From: a plasmid | Sequence record: NZ_CP084013.1 | Direction: 5' to 3' (one strand) | DNA length: 64,000 nucleotides | Shown here: one piece after another, positions 48,757 to 57,651 of the stretch | Layout of the letters: every line of letters starts with the position of its first letter | Numbering within the stretch: the stretch's first letter is position 1 | Notes under the pieces: model-generated | The model's input: only the letters and a program-made list of their open reading frames with translations | What the model was told of the DNA's origin: nothing | The model's database searches: none | Translations under genes and position numbers: made by a program

Positions 48757-48831
48757 ACCGCTTCGTCCTTTAACGGTAGGATGCTCTGTTTTTTTTTGGA
48801 GTAATGCGGGTTCGAATCCCGTCGAAGCACG
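48757..48831 (+). pseudogene. degenerate tRNA-like sequence with T9 run in anticodon region
   Basis: T-arm GCGGG UUCGAAU CCCGU present but the anticodon arm is disrupted. Confidence 0.3.
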
Positions 48832-48968
48832 ATGGGCCCAGTGGCCACATGCGAAAAAACTGGGTTCCCGAATGGGAGCAGTCTGTGGCCGATGGCATGA
48901 ACCGGCCGCAGGACAAGCATCCCTGCCTCGCATGGCCCATCCGCCGTTCCTCATGCCGGAACGGTTCC

Positions 48969-49041
48969 GCCGTCGTAGCTCAGCTGGCAGAGCAGCGCCC
49001 TCGTAATGCGCAGGTCACCGGTCCGAATCCGGTCGATGGCT
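48969..49041 (+). tRNA. tRNA-Thr(CGT)
   Basis: acceptor GCCGUCG/CGAUGGC, loop cuCGUaa. Confidence 0.65.
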
Positions 49042-49066
49042 CTTTCTCCACTAAAAACCGACCTGT

Positions 49067-50409
49067 TTGGCCTTTCGCTGTTTGGTGTGGGTGGGTCTGT
49101 CAGGTGGTGACGGTGCTGAGGTCGAGTTTGCCGCAGGTCAGGTAGATCATGGTGCTGAAGTAGCCCATGTTCTTGAATCCGCGGGCTCGGGTCTTGACGT
49201 TCTGGATGACGCTGTTGAGTCCTTCGAGGATCGCGTTGGTGTAGGGGTGGTCGAAGTAGGCGAGGATGTCCCGCCAGTGGCGGCGTATCTGGCGGGCGAA
49301 CTCTTTCATGGGTTCGAGTCGGGAGCGCGTCATCCACGAGCACAGACGCTTGAGGGCCGTCTCGGCCTCGGCTCGATCGGCGCTGGTGTCGTAGATGTCC
49401 TGGAGGGTCTCGCGCATCTGACAGGCGCGTCCGGTTTTCAATCGTCGCCGTTGCAGGCTGCGCTTGGTTTCCAATTGCAGGCCGGTCAGGTTCGATTCGT
49501 TCCTCAACCACAGGTACTTGGTCCGCTTGAGCAGCGCGTTGCCGCGGGCCTCCTGTTTGCGGACCTTGTCGACGGCCTCGTTGGCGTGTTTGATCACGTG
49601 GAACTTGTCGATGATTCTCGCCGCGTTGGGCAGCCGCTCGCGGATGCCCTTGGCGAACCCCAGGCTCATGTCGCAGGTAACCAGACGCACCCGGTCGGGA
49701 TCGCCGTTGTGATCCATGAAATCCCGCGCGAACCGTTTGATCGTGGTCGAGTCCTTGCCCGGGACCACGCAGATTACGTTGCGCTCCACCAGGTCGGCGA
49801 CCACGGTGATGTACCGGTGGCCCTTCCGGCTGGTCTCGTCGATGCCTATGGCCTCCACGCCCGTGTAGTCCTCGTAAAGCCTCGCCTCGTCCACGTAATG
49901 GCGGATGAACCGCCACAGGCGGGTGTCATGTTCGCCGACCTGCTCGGCGATGTCCGCGACCGGCTGGCTTTTGGCCAGCTCCACGACCATCGCCTCGAAC
50001 AGGAGCGTGAACCCGCTTCCCGGCCTCGCCCACGGCACCGGGACCGCGTGCACGCCGTGGGCGGGGCACGTCACGCGCGGCACGCCCGCGTGAATGAACG
50101 CCTTGTACTGGAAGAAGTTCAGATGCCGCCACACGCGCTCCCTCGCGTCATGCACCGGACACGCGGCCTCGCCGCACCCCGGTTCCGGGCAGGGGAACCG
50201 CGAACCCGCCGCGAACCCGATCGCGATATGCAGTTCCCGTCTGCCGTCCTCCTCGTCACGGAACTCCACGCCCGACACCCTCCACGGGTCAGGCAGTTGC
50301 AGAGCGGCGGTGAACAACGACGTGGTATCCATACCCCCCAAACTACCCGACCAGCACCACCACCCCCCGACCCACTCACCCACACCAAACAGCGAAAGGC
50401 CAAAAAATA
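49067..50409 (-). mobile_element. ISL3-family insertion sequence
   Basis: about 32-bp terminal inverted repeats TTTGGCCTTTCGCTGTTTGGTGTGGGTG at 49067-49097 and 50361-50397 (inverted), flanking a transposase gene. Confidence 0.65.
49100..50332 (-). CDS. ISL3-family transposase
   Basis: MDTTSLFTAALQLPDPWRV N-terminus and overall ISL3 transposase architecture (410 aa). Confidence 0.8.
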   Translation of the reverse strand: MDTTSLFTAALQLPDPWRVSGVEFRDEEDGRRELHIAIGFAAGSRFPCPEPGCGEAACPVHDARERVWRHLNFFQYKAFIHAGVPRVTCPAHGVHAVPVPWARPGSGFTLLFEAMVVELAKSQPVADIAEQVGEHDTRLWRFIRHYVDEARLYEDYTGVEAIGIDETSRKGHRYITVVADLVERNVICVVPGKDSTTIKRFARDFMDHNGDPDRVRLVTCDMSLGFAKGIRERLPNAARIIDKFHVIKHANEAVDKVRKQEARGNALLKRTKYLWLRNESNLTGLQLETKRSLQRRRLKTGRACQMRETLQDIYDTSADRAEAETALKRLCSWMTRSRLEPMKEFARQIRRHWRDILAYFDHPYTNAILEGLNSVIQNVKTRARGFKNMGYFSTMIYLTCGKLDLSTVTT

Positions 50410-50445
50410 CTCATCGGTTTCCTTGTCGTTCTGAATTACGGTCTC

Positions 50446-50640
50446 TTATCGGCCCGCCATCGGCTGATATCCGTCGAGTTCTCGAAGCAGTTCCTCCTGC
50501 CAGTCCTTGTCATCAAGGGACTGCTTCTTCTCCTTTTCGAACCAGCAGGAAGAGCAGAGTCCGGTCTGTCTCTCATCTGCCGACAGGAGGGTTCCACATC
50601 CTCGGCAGAAGTGGTTCAGGATTTTCGTTCGGAACCGCAT
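50446..50640 (-). CDS. small zinc-ribbon protein
   Basis: CRGCG...CSSC. Confidence 0.35.
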   Translation of the reverse strand: MRFRTKILNHFCRGCGTLLSADERQTGLCSSCWFEKEKKQSLDDKDWQEELLRELDGYQPMAGR

Positions 50641-50897
50641 TTCATTTCCTTTCGCGCATCGTTGAAGGCTTTGAACGCTTCGTTGATGTACCGGTTCTGA
50701 TCTCGTTTCGGGAGTTGCCCGAAGTCGAGAATCTGACGGCCACTACGACCTTCGACGAGCCGGTATAGGGCTTTCGTCGCGGCAAGAACCTCGGCGGTGG
50801 TGCCAAGATCCGCAGCGTCAACCGTTCTCTTGTGCAGTGGTCCAGGAATAGGCGGAGAGAGACGCAGTTGGTCGAAAATGTTGGTGACGGATTGCAT
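50616..50897 (-). CDS. hypothetical protein
   Basis: ORF in a three-gene minus-strand operon. Confidence 0.35.
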   Translation of the reverse strand: MQSVTNIFDQLRLSPPIPGPLHKRTVDAADLGTTAEVLAATKALYRLVEGRSGRQILDFGQLPKRDQNRYINEAFKAFNDARKEMKCGSERKS

Positions 50898-50906
50898 TCT
50901 CTCCCC

Positions 50907-51575
50907 TCACAGTTCTTCATCATGGAATCGGAATGGAGCTTTCGAGGACAGATCCTTTGTCGTTGAATCGTTGACGTTTTCTCCCGTCTTGCCGATTAGC
51001 AGCGCAGGGCCGTTCATCCAACGCCCATCGGACTCGCGTATCTGCATGATCCAAAGCTCCTGACCGTTTTTCCACACGGTGTACAGGCCGTCTGACTTGT
51101 CCTCCCACAGTCCGGGGCGATCCGGAATTCGTGCGGGTGCCGGTCGCAAAGCATGGTCGAATGCGTCGTCATCAATCCGATAGGTGTTGGAGTCAATCAG
51201 GACTAGACAATGGCCGTCATCGGTGATTTCCTGTACTGGATATTTGTTCCCGTTCGTTTGCACGAAGACGTCTCTGGGTTGCACGCCGGTGATGTCTTCG
51301 ATGATTTTGTATTCGGGTTCGTCGGGTAGCAGCTTGATGCTGACGGGTGCTTTCTGCCGGGTGAGTTCCATGAATCCGTCATGGCCTTCGTGGAACAGTT
51401 CGCCGATGTCGAAGCCGTTGACAGTGTATTGCCGGGCTCCGAGCGTGTGTCCGATTCCGGGAGTGAGTCGGAATTCGAGGATCATGTCGCCGCCGTATGC
51501 GGAGACTCGTACCCGTCGGTTTCTGAGCTGGGCGAATGTCATGTTTCGCCAGAAGCGTTTGTCGTGTTCTTCCAT
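50907..51575 (-). CDS. hypothetical protein
   Basis: first gene downstream of the minus-strand motif-1 copy. Confidence 0.45.
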   Translation of the reverse strand: MEEHDKRFWRNMTFAQLRNRRVRVSAYGGDMILEFRLTPGIGHTLGARQYTVNGFDIGELFHEGHDGFMELTRQKAPVSIKLLPDEPEYKIIEDITGVQPRDVFVQTNGNKYPVQEITDDGHCLVLIDSNTYRIDDDAFDHALRPAPARIPDRPGLWEDKSDGLYTVWKNGQELWIMQIRESDGRWMNGPALLIGKTGENVNDSTTKDLSSKAPFRFHDEEL

Positions 51576-51600
51576 TGGTTGTCGTTGTTTTCTTTCGATT

Positions 51601-51624
51601 TATGTGGACGTATTTAGTATAACA
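51601..51624 (-). promoter_or_regulatory. motif-1 copy (minus-strand orientation)
   Basis: reverse complement cttgttatactaaatacgtccacata. Confidence 0.5.
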
Positions 51625-51671
51625 AGTAAAAGAGAATTAAGGGGAGGGGGTGAATCTTCGGAGTGTCGCGA

Positions 51672-51692
51672 TATGCTGAACGCGTCCACATA
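51672..51692 (+). promoter_or_regulatory. degenerate motif-1 copy
   Basis: atatgctgaacgcgtccacata upstream of 51841..52251. Confidence 0.35.
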
Positions 51693-51840
51693 AAAAAACA
51701 AAAGATACACACCGAGAAAACAGCGGAACCCCCAACGCAATTACCTCAGGGCCACCACAAGCGATGCCGAAGACGGCGATTGCGGTTCCCCCAAAACGAC
51801 AAAACGTAATCGGTTGATATCAAAAAAAACAGGAGCCAAC

Positions 51841-52251
51841 ATGACCTTCACGGCAGAACCGAACATCGGATCGCACCTCGTCGAAGCGACACCACCAAAC
51901 CTCTTGGAGCGCTTCGACGAACACATCAAATTTCTCCGGGAATGCAAAATCACCTTCACGAGAAGCATCGGAAGAGGGGACATCCCGTACACGAAAAGCG
52001 CGATGACATTGCTCAACAACATCGACGTGCTGATCGCCGGCGAGGAAGCCGACAAGGAAGTCCTCCGATTCAACAGCGGGGACATGATGGGCATGATACC
52101 GCCAGCCACCAAGCACTATAGGCCCGACCTCGACCTCAGGACCCAGAGTCTCATGGACGGCGGATACACCGAAGCGATGATCAATTCAGACAGGCAGATG
52201 TGGGGCGGCTCGCCCATCTCATTCCCGAACGGCCCGCAGTGGAACAAATAA
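51841..52251 (+). CDS. hypothetical protein
   Basis: ORF downstream of the degenerate motif; exact start uncertain. Confidence 0.4.
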   Translation: MTFTAEPNIGSHLVEATPPNLLERFDEHIKFLRECKITFTRSIGRGDIPYTKSAMTLLNNIDVLIAGEEADKEVLRFNSGDMMGMIPPATKHYRPDLDLRTQSLMDGGYTEAMINSDRQMWGGSPISFPNGPQWNK

Positions 52252-52707
52252 GAACCACGACCGGCGGGCATGCCGAGTGACGACCCCAACGCCTCCAGCA
52301 TGCCCGCCTTTTTTTTGACCAACTTGGACGGCGCGTCGGCCGTCGAATCCGGATGCGAATCGGTGTGAATCGGAGGTTGTTTTTTCTGATGGCGAGGCAT
52401 AAGTCTCACGAGGAGGAACCATTGGGTTGGAGTGTCGGTGATTTCGCTTTGTCGGATCCGGGGTGTCGACTGTATATCGACATGGCCCGGAATGCGTATG
52501 GGAAACTCGACCCGAAACTGGTGTCCTGCAGAATTCATTACCGGCTGCAGTGTCTGAACCTCAGTCCCAGGAAGAAAGGCCAGTAGGTCTTCGGTTCGAC
52601 GGTGTAAAACAAGCATCTGCCTTACTGGGTATGTTGGCATGTCGCGTATGAAAAACCGTAAAATTGTTGGTATCAACCGAAAAAGCAAAAACAGGGGAAG
52701 AGTCGGG

Positions 52708-53472
52708 ATGCTCAACAAAATACACAGGCTGAGAAGCGTCGGGATGGACAACGGCATAGCCACAGGATTCGGAATTCTTTACGTCGCGGAAGAGGCATAC
52801 CCGCTCATCCCATACGTGCGCGGCAACGAACATCCGCTCGCATTCGGCAGGACGCCTCGACTCCTAAGCATCCTGTTCACGACATTCGTGAACACACAAA
52901 ACGCGGATTACAACGGCAAGACCAGGACGCTGACCATCGGCAAGGACGTACGGCAAGTGGCCCGCAGAATGGGCATGCTGACGGGAGGCTGCGGCCGACA
53001 GAATACGGTCACCAGCATCATCGGCTATCAGGACATCACGTTCACTTCAAGGGACGGCAAAGAAATAAAACCGATCGAAGAGACGAACATCGTCCAAGGC
53101 GAAAGCTGGAACGAAAAAACCATTACCTTCACTTGGGAATACGTCCGATTGATGTCGCGCGAACCGAAGGAGATTCCTCTTTCCGCCGTCGTCGGAACCA
53201 GTGGCGGAAGCCTGTCCTTGGATCTGCTGGTGTTCGCGACGCTCTACTGTCCGGAGCAGAAGGAACTGTATATCAGTCGAAATAATCTATACAAGATCGT
53301 CCCCGGTACGAGCACGGAGACGGTGTCCACCAAGCACCTCACCGTCAGCCTCACAAAGCTCAACCAGATTCAGAAAATCTGGGTATTCTCGTTGACGAGG
53401 GCGGGCCTCGTGATCAGACCATACGGGATGCCGCCAAAGGCGGAGAACCGTGTGCAGCTCATCGCGGAATAA
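52708..53472 (+). CDS. hypothetical protein
   Basis: internal ATG after a ggggaagag RBS; ORF extends from 52639. Confidence 0.4.
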   Translation: MLNKIHRLRSVGMDNGIATGFGILYVAEEAYPLIPYVRGNEHPLAFGRTPRLLSILFTTFVNTQNADYNGKTRTLTIGKDVRQVARRMGMLTGGCGRQNTVTSIIGYQDITFTSRDGKEIKPIEETNIVQGESWNEKTITFTWEYVRLMSREPKEIPLSAVVGTSGGSLSLDLLVFATLYCPEQKELYISRNNLYKIVPGTSTETVSTKHLTVSLTKLNQIQKIWVFSLTRAGLVIRPYGMPPKAENRVQLIAE

Positions 53473-53477
53473 TAAAA

Positions 53478-53516
53478 AACGGTTGGATACGGATCCATGT
53501 TCGTATCCAACCGTTC
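53478..53516. terminator. bidirectional terminator
   Basis: aacggttggatacg...cgtatccaaccgtt hairpin between convergent genes. Confidence 0.55.
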
Positions 53517-53538
53517 AAGCATCCCGAGATGCCGGCCG

Positions 53539-54207
53539 TCAGATTTTCAGCTTCTCAACCACACTGAGATCAACGCCGTCACCCCAGTGTTCAGCCACCG
53601 CATTGACATCCTTCATCGGCTCACCGGACGCGCGGCCGAAACCACGATCCGGTTCGGCGGCATTCAAAACAGCGAACAGAGTCTTGGACAGAGTCTTGTC
53701 TTCCATGAACGCGAAAGCAAGCCTCATCTTCAGGTCGGACGGTTGAGCGCCAGCCAGTTCCTTGACGAACTTGGAGAATTCGGCGACCCGCTTCCGCGTC
53801 TTGGTTTCCGTCAACACCTCAAGCAGAACCGGAGCGTCGGTCTTGCTGGTCTCGCACAGAATCTTGGCGATGTTCGCGGTACGGTCATCGGAAAGAACGT
53901 CGAGCATGTCCTTGATCTTCGCGTACGAGGCGGCTTCCAAATGAGGGAAGGACGAGTTTTTCTTCGCGGTCTTGCGCCGCGTGGTCTTGGCACCCTTGAC
54001 GGAGGTTTCTTCCTCACGGTCGGGCGTTGTCTCATCGACGGAATCCGTCTCTTCCGGCTGGACGTCAGGCTGAGAATCCTCGCCCGATGCCGACCAGTTC
54101 TCAGAATCGTCCGCTTGCCCGGCTTCGTTCACCGGCTTGGAATCGTCGACCGGCGCCGGGGCTGGGGTCGGGGTGCCGAAATTGTTGTTCCATGGAAAAT
54201 CTGCCAT
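53539..54207 (-). CDS. hypothetical acidic protein
   Basis: Pro/Asp/Glu-rich N-terminus; motif-2 copy upstream on the minus strand. Confidence 0.45.
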   Translation of the reverse strand: MADFPWNNNFGTPTPAPAPVDDSKPVNEAGQADDSENWSASGEDSQPDVQPEETDSVDETTPDREEETSVKGAKTTRRKTAKKNSSFPHLEAASYAKIKDMLDVLSDDRTANIAKILCETSKTDAPVLLEVLTETKTRKRVAEFSKFVKELAGAQPSDLKMRLAFAFMEDKTLSKTLFAVLNAAEPDRGFGRASGEPMKDVNAVAEHWGDGVDLSVVEKLKI

Positions 54208-54283
54208 CGTTAACTCCCTTCGTCAAGGCAGGACCGTTCGAGTGAACCGTCTTCAACGACTGTATCCGAGCAAACAACGAATA

Positions 54284-54309
54284 ACCGAAAAAATATTGAA
54301 ATTAACCGT
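54284..54309 (-). promoter_or_regulatory. motif-2 copy (minus-strand orientation, two CGGTTA half-sites)
   Basis: reverse complement cggttaatttcaatattttttcggtt. Confidence 0.45.
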
Positions 54310-54647
54310 TTTGACTTCGGCGCGGCGTCGCGCGGCCGCCGTTTCTCATGCAAACTAGCGGACCAGAAAAATCACGGACAAAAACAAAAGAGCAGACAGG
54401 CAACCAAGAAAAGTCAGAAAAAAAGAAGAGAAGAAAAAATAAGAAAAAGACAATCCGAGAACAAGAGAAAGAAGCCAACCCGCAACACATCACACAAACA
54501 CCAAGACACCATTACCACATCACAGCAGGGTAAAACCAGAGCAACGAACCGCAACATTGCCAACAAAGCAACGAACCTACGGAACGAAAACGCAACAAAG
54601 CAACGAACCGCAACAACCCATACATCAGCAAAGTCATCATCCTGAAT

Positions 54648-54680
54648 GGTTAATTTCAACAAATATTCGGCACATAACAA
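54648..54680 (+). promoter_or_regulatory. motif-2 copy
   Basis: ggttaatttcaacaaatattcggcacataacaa, followed by GATTGAC as in the 21366 copy. Confidence 0.45.
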
Positions 54681-54844
54681 GATATGACGTAATATCAAGA
54701 AATGAACAGACAGGACGATTGACGAACAAGCAACAAAAAACAGTCAATAAAACTAAATCAGTGTTGTTTCGTCAAAAATGGTCTCTTTCCGGAGCAAACC
54801 CCCGGAACAAGCAAAAAAACAGTTCAAAGGAACTTGGAGAAAAG

Positions 54845-56002
54845 ATGGCAAGTCTGATAATCGGACATGGAGGCATCCTCGACGTGCTGCGATCCAAGGT
54901 CCCCGAACAGCGTTGGAGGGTGCCCGCAGGAGAGGATTTCGCAGCCCAGGCAGACTTCCTGACAAGGCACCCGGTGCGTCCAGGCCGTCAGGGAATCGTG
55001 TTCACGAACCTCCCGGGAAACTGGATGCCGGTCGCCGATGCAGGCTGGACAATCTACTGGATCGACCGCGGACAGATACCCATCGGAGCGCAGGCCCTCC
55101 CCGAATATTTCATGGACCGAAGCATCACGGATTTCGTCCACGAGTTCTGGCGGATACAGACAATCGACAAGCGTCTGGTAGGCGATATCATCCTGAACAG
55201 GACCCGCCAGACGGCACCCATGATCATTGTCACATCGAACACTGGAGGCGTGGGAAAGACGGTTTCCTCACGCAGATTATGCGAGCGGGCAAAAGAAAAA
55301 GGACTACGCCCCCTCCTTATCGACGGCAACATGAGACAGTCATCGCAACGTTCCTTCTTCGACCCTGGGCAGCGTATGCCGGCGCGCACCATAGCCGACT
55401 GGCGTCCCGGCATGGCGGCACAATACGGCGCCAATTCGGGACGAATGTTCAACATCGGTTACGATGTTTCGTTCGCTCCACCGGCCGGTGCGATGGTGTC
55501 GTGGGACCACTACCGCGCATACATCGAGGAAGCACGCAAGCTCTGGGACTTCGTCGTCTTGGATCTCGACCGTATCAGCGCAGATGATCTGCAGGACAGC
55601 ACCACAGCCGCCGGAGGAATGGTCGTCCCCTACGTTCTCGCCGGCGACCTTTGCCTGGTCATCGTCAAAGCCGGCGTGCAAACGCAAGGAGATGCGTTGA
55701 ATCTGCTCAGCGCGTTTCCCCGTTACGGTTTGCCCCGAGAATGTATCGGAATAAAAGACACGGTCCCGGTCGGAATGACAGACTACCGGCCACTTGATTA
55801 TTCAAGATACGGGATTTTTCTCGGAGTCGAGTACCAGACGGTCGAGGCCGGCAATCTGATCGCATCCGGTAAATCGAATTGGGCTGACTCGAATCTGGAC
55901 TTGGCGAGAGAGCAGACCCTTGAATGGGTTCTGCCCGATAAAGGATTCGAACCGGCCAAGTTCGAAGTGAAAAAGAAAAAAGGGTGGTTCCATCGTGGTT
56001 GA
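54845..56002 (+). CDS. ParA/MinD-family ATPase with about 110-aa N-terminal extension
   Basis: deviant Walker A SNTGGVGKT. Confidence 0.65.
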   Translation: MASLIIGHGGILDVLRSKVPEQRWRVPAGEDFAAQADFLTRHPVRPGRQGIVFTNLPGNWMPVADAGWTIYWIDRGQIPIGAQALPEYFMDRSITDFVHEFWRIQTIDKRLVGDIILNRTRQTAPMIIVTSNTGGVGKTVSSRRLCERAKEKGLRPLLIDGNMRQSSQRSFFDPGQRMPARTIADWRPGMAAQYGANSGRMFNIGYDVSFAPPAGAMVSWDHYRAYIEEARKLWDFVVLDLDRISADDLQDSTTAAGGMVVPYVLAGDLCLVIVKAGVQTQGDALNLLSAFPRYGLPRECIGIKDTVPVGMTDYRPLDYSRYGIFLGVEYQTVEAGNLIASGKSNWADSNLDLAREQTLEWVLPDKGFEPAKFEVKKKKGWFHRG

Positions 56003-57197
56003 TCTCTCACTCACACCGAATCCCGATGACCGTGCTCTATGGCCGATGGGTAGCGACGCCGATTGGATTCGCGGAAGCGACGTGGCGAACAACGAACACC
56101 CCGGAGTGTTGGCGCAACGTCATCAGTGGATCGTCCCGAACCGATTGTTCGCGGAAAGCATGGTCAAGGCAAACAGTGAATTGGTTACGAGCATCATCGG
56201 CGCATTGCTTTCATGGAGGACATGCACCGTCGACCAGCTTCGGGCGGGACTCTCCGTGAAAGGAGCTCCCGAATTCCATCGCGACGAACCGAACCTGTAC
56301 GGCGCGTTGTGTCGGCTGGGAGTCATCGACATCGGCTTCAGTCCTTACGAAAGATTTTCCGGGCAGATAATCCCGCAAACCTGGTTGTCGTTGAGCTCCG
56401 ACAAGAAACTCATCCGAAACACGCTCGGCCTGTTTAATTCAGCAACTTGGCTTCGTAGAATGCTTTCGGACAAGCAGTTGATCGGAATGAGACGCCACGT
56501 GCGCCACAATACGTATGCGGCGCACGTCGGACTGCATCTCGGTGTCAATCCGGACATCAAACTCGTCGGCGGCGACGGTTGGGGAGCGTTCCGGCTCATC
56601 GACCCGCAGGCGGTCAGCGAAGCCGGACTGCCTCACAGCTGTTCGACGGACATCACCGCACTCGCATCGAACAACGTGCTTGCGGGAATCGAAGTGCAGG
56701 TCCACCCAAATAACATGAGCCAGAAAATCTCCAATTGGTCGAAGCTGCTCGCCTACTCGCCGATGCAACGACGTGGACTCATCTGTATCTGGCTGCTCAT
56801 ACGCGACACCAGCCAATGGCAGTACCCGGCATTGGGCAGCATCATCGAAACGGCAAGCCATGCCGACGAGATGTTGGTCGGCGACCCATCCGTGGCGTCG
56901 CGTATGGGATTCGCGTTATGGGACGACTGGTTCGACGAGCAAGGCAACCCGACCGGCGGGATCGGAACATACCGGGACATGCTGAACGTCGAACGCAGCA
57001 TGTTCTCACCGGACTGGAGCCGATGCGCCCCATCAACAAAACCTGTGACGACAATCCGTGACTGGGGATGGACAGTCATGGATGAAACAATCAGACACCA
57101 ATGGGGCTGGGATGTCAGTGGATGGCGGAAGCCGGAAGCATACCGGGGAGGATTCTACGGGTATATCGGAGGTGAAAGCGTTGAACTCTCTTCCTGA
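55995..57197 (+). CDS. hypothetical protein with putative winged-helix region
   Basis: GTG overlaps the ParA stop; wHTH-like TSIIGALLSWRTCTVDQLRAGL. Confidence 0.4.
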   Translation: MVDLSLTPNPDDRALWPMGSDADWIRGSDVANNEHPGVLAQRHQWIVPNRLFAESMVKANSELVTSIIGALLSWRTCTVDQLRAGLSVKGAPEFHRDEPNLYGALCRLGVIDIGFSPYERFSGQIIPQTWLSLSSDKKLIRNTLGLFNSATWLRRMLSDKQLIGMRRHVRHNTYAAHVGLHLGVNPDIKLVGGDGWGAFRLIDPQAVSEAGLPHSCSTDITALASNNVLAGIEVQVHPNNMSQKISNWSKLLAYSPMQRRGLICIWLLIRDTSQWQYPALGSIIETASHADEMLVGDPSVASRMGFALWDDWFDEQGNPTGGIGTYRDMLNVERSMFSPDWSRCAPSTKPVTTIRDWGWTVMDETIRHQWGWDVSGWRKPEAYRGGFYGYIGGESVELSS

Positions 57198-57636
57198 AAA
57201 TTTCGCAACCAACCAGCAGCGTTTGGAGGAAGCCAAGACCGAACGCTACCGTGCATTGCAGAAGATACGGACGCTTTGCGAAACAGGACGCCGTTCGCTG
57301 GTGGTCCCGTTCCTCATGGTCAACCTGCAACGCAATCCGGCTTTGAAAAAAATACGACTCTGGCAATTGGATGCGATCATGTTCGACGTTTCCAAATACA
57401 TTGCGGTGAAGACCATACGACGGATGAGGGAAACCATCGGCGACCAGAGCACCGTCAAGGACGGGTATGCGGATTTGGGATGGGCGTTGGCAGACAAGGA
57501 TGCGACGGTCCGTATGACCACATGGCTATATCAACTGTTGGAAAGAGAGAAGCTGACCAAGTTCGACTTGCCGGAAGGATTCCCCTTGGCCATGCTCTAC
57601 TCCACCGAACCGGCAACCGCAGAACAATCGAATTGA
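57058..57636 (+). CDS. hypothetical protein (start uncertain, possibly GTG near 57174)
   Basis: ORF overlaps the preceding gene in another frame. Confidence 0.3.
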   Translation: MTGDGQSWMKQSDTNGAGMSVDGGSRKHTGEDSTGISEVKALNSLPENFATNQQRLEEAKTERYRALQKIRTLCETGRRSLVVPFLMVNLQRNPALKKIRLWQLDAIMFDVSKYIAVKTIRRMRETIGDQSTVKDGYADLGWALADKDATVRMTTWLYQLLEREKLTKFDLPEGFPLAMLYSTEPATAEQSN

Positions 57637-57651
57637 CAGGAGGGCATCGGA

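Noticed and set aside
49041-50420. Target-site duplication for the ISL3 element
   Set aside because: No matching 8-bp direct repeat was found at the inverted-repeat boundaries, so a duplication is not claimed.
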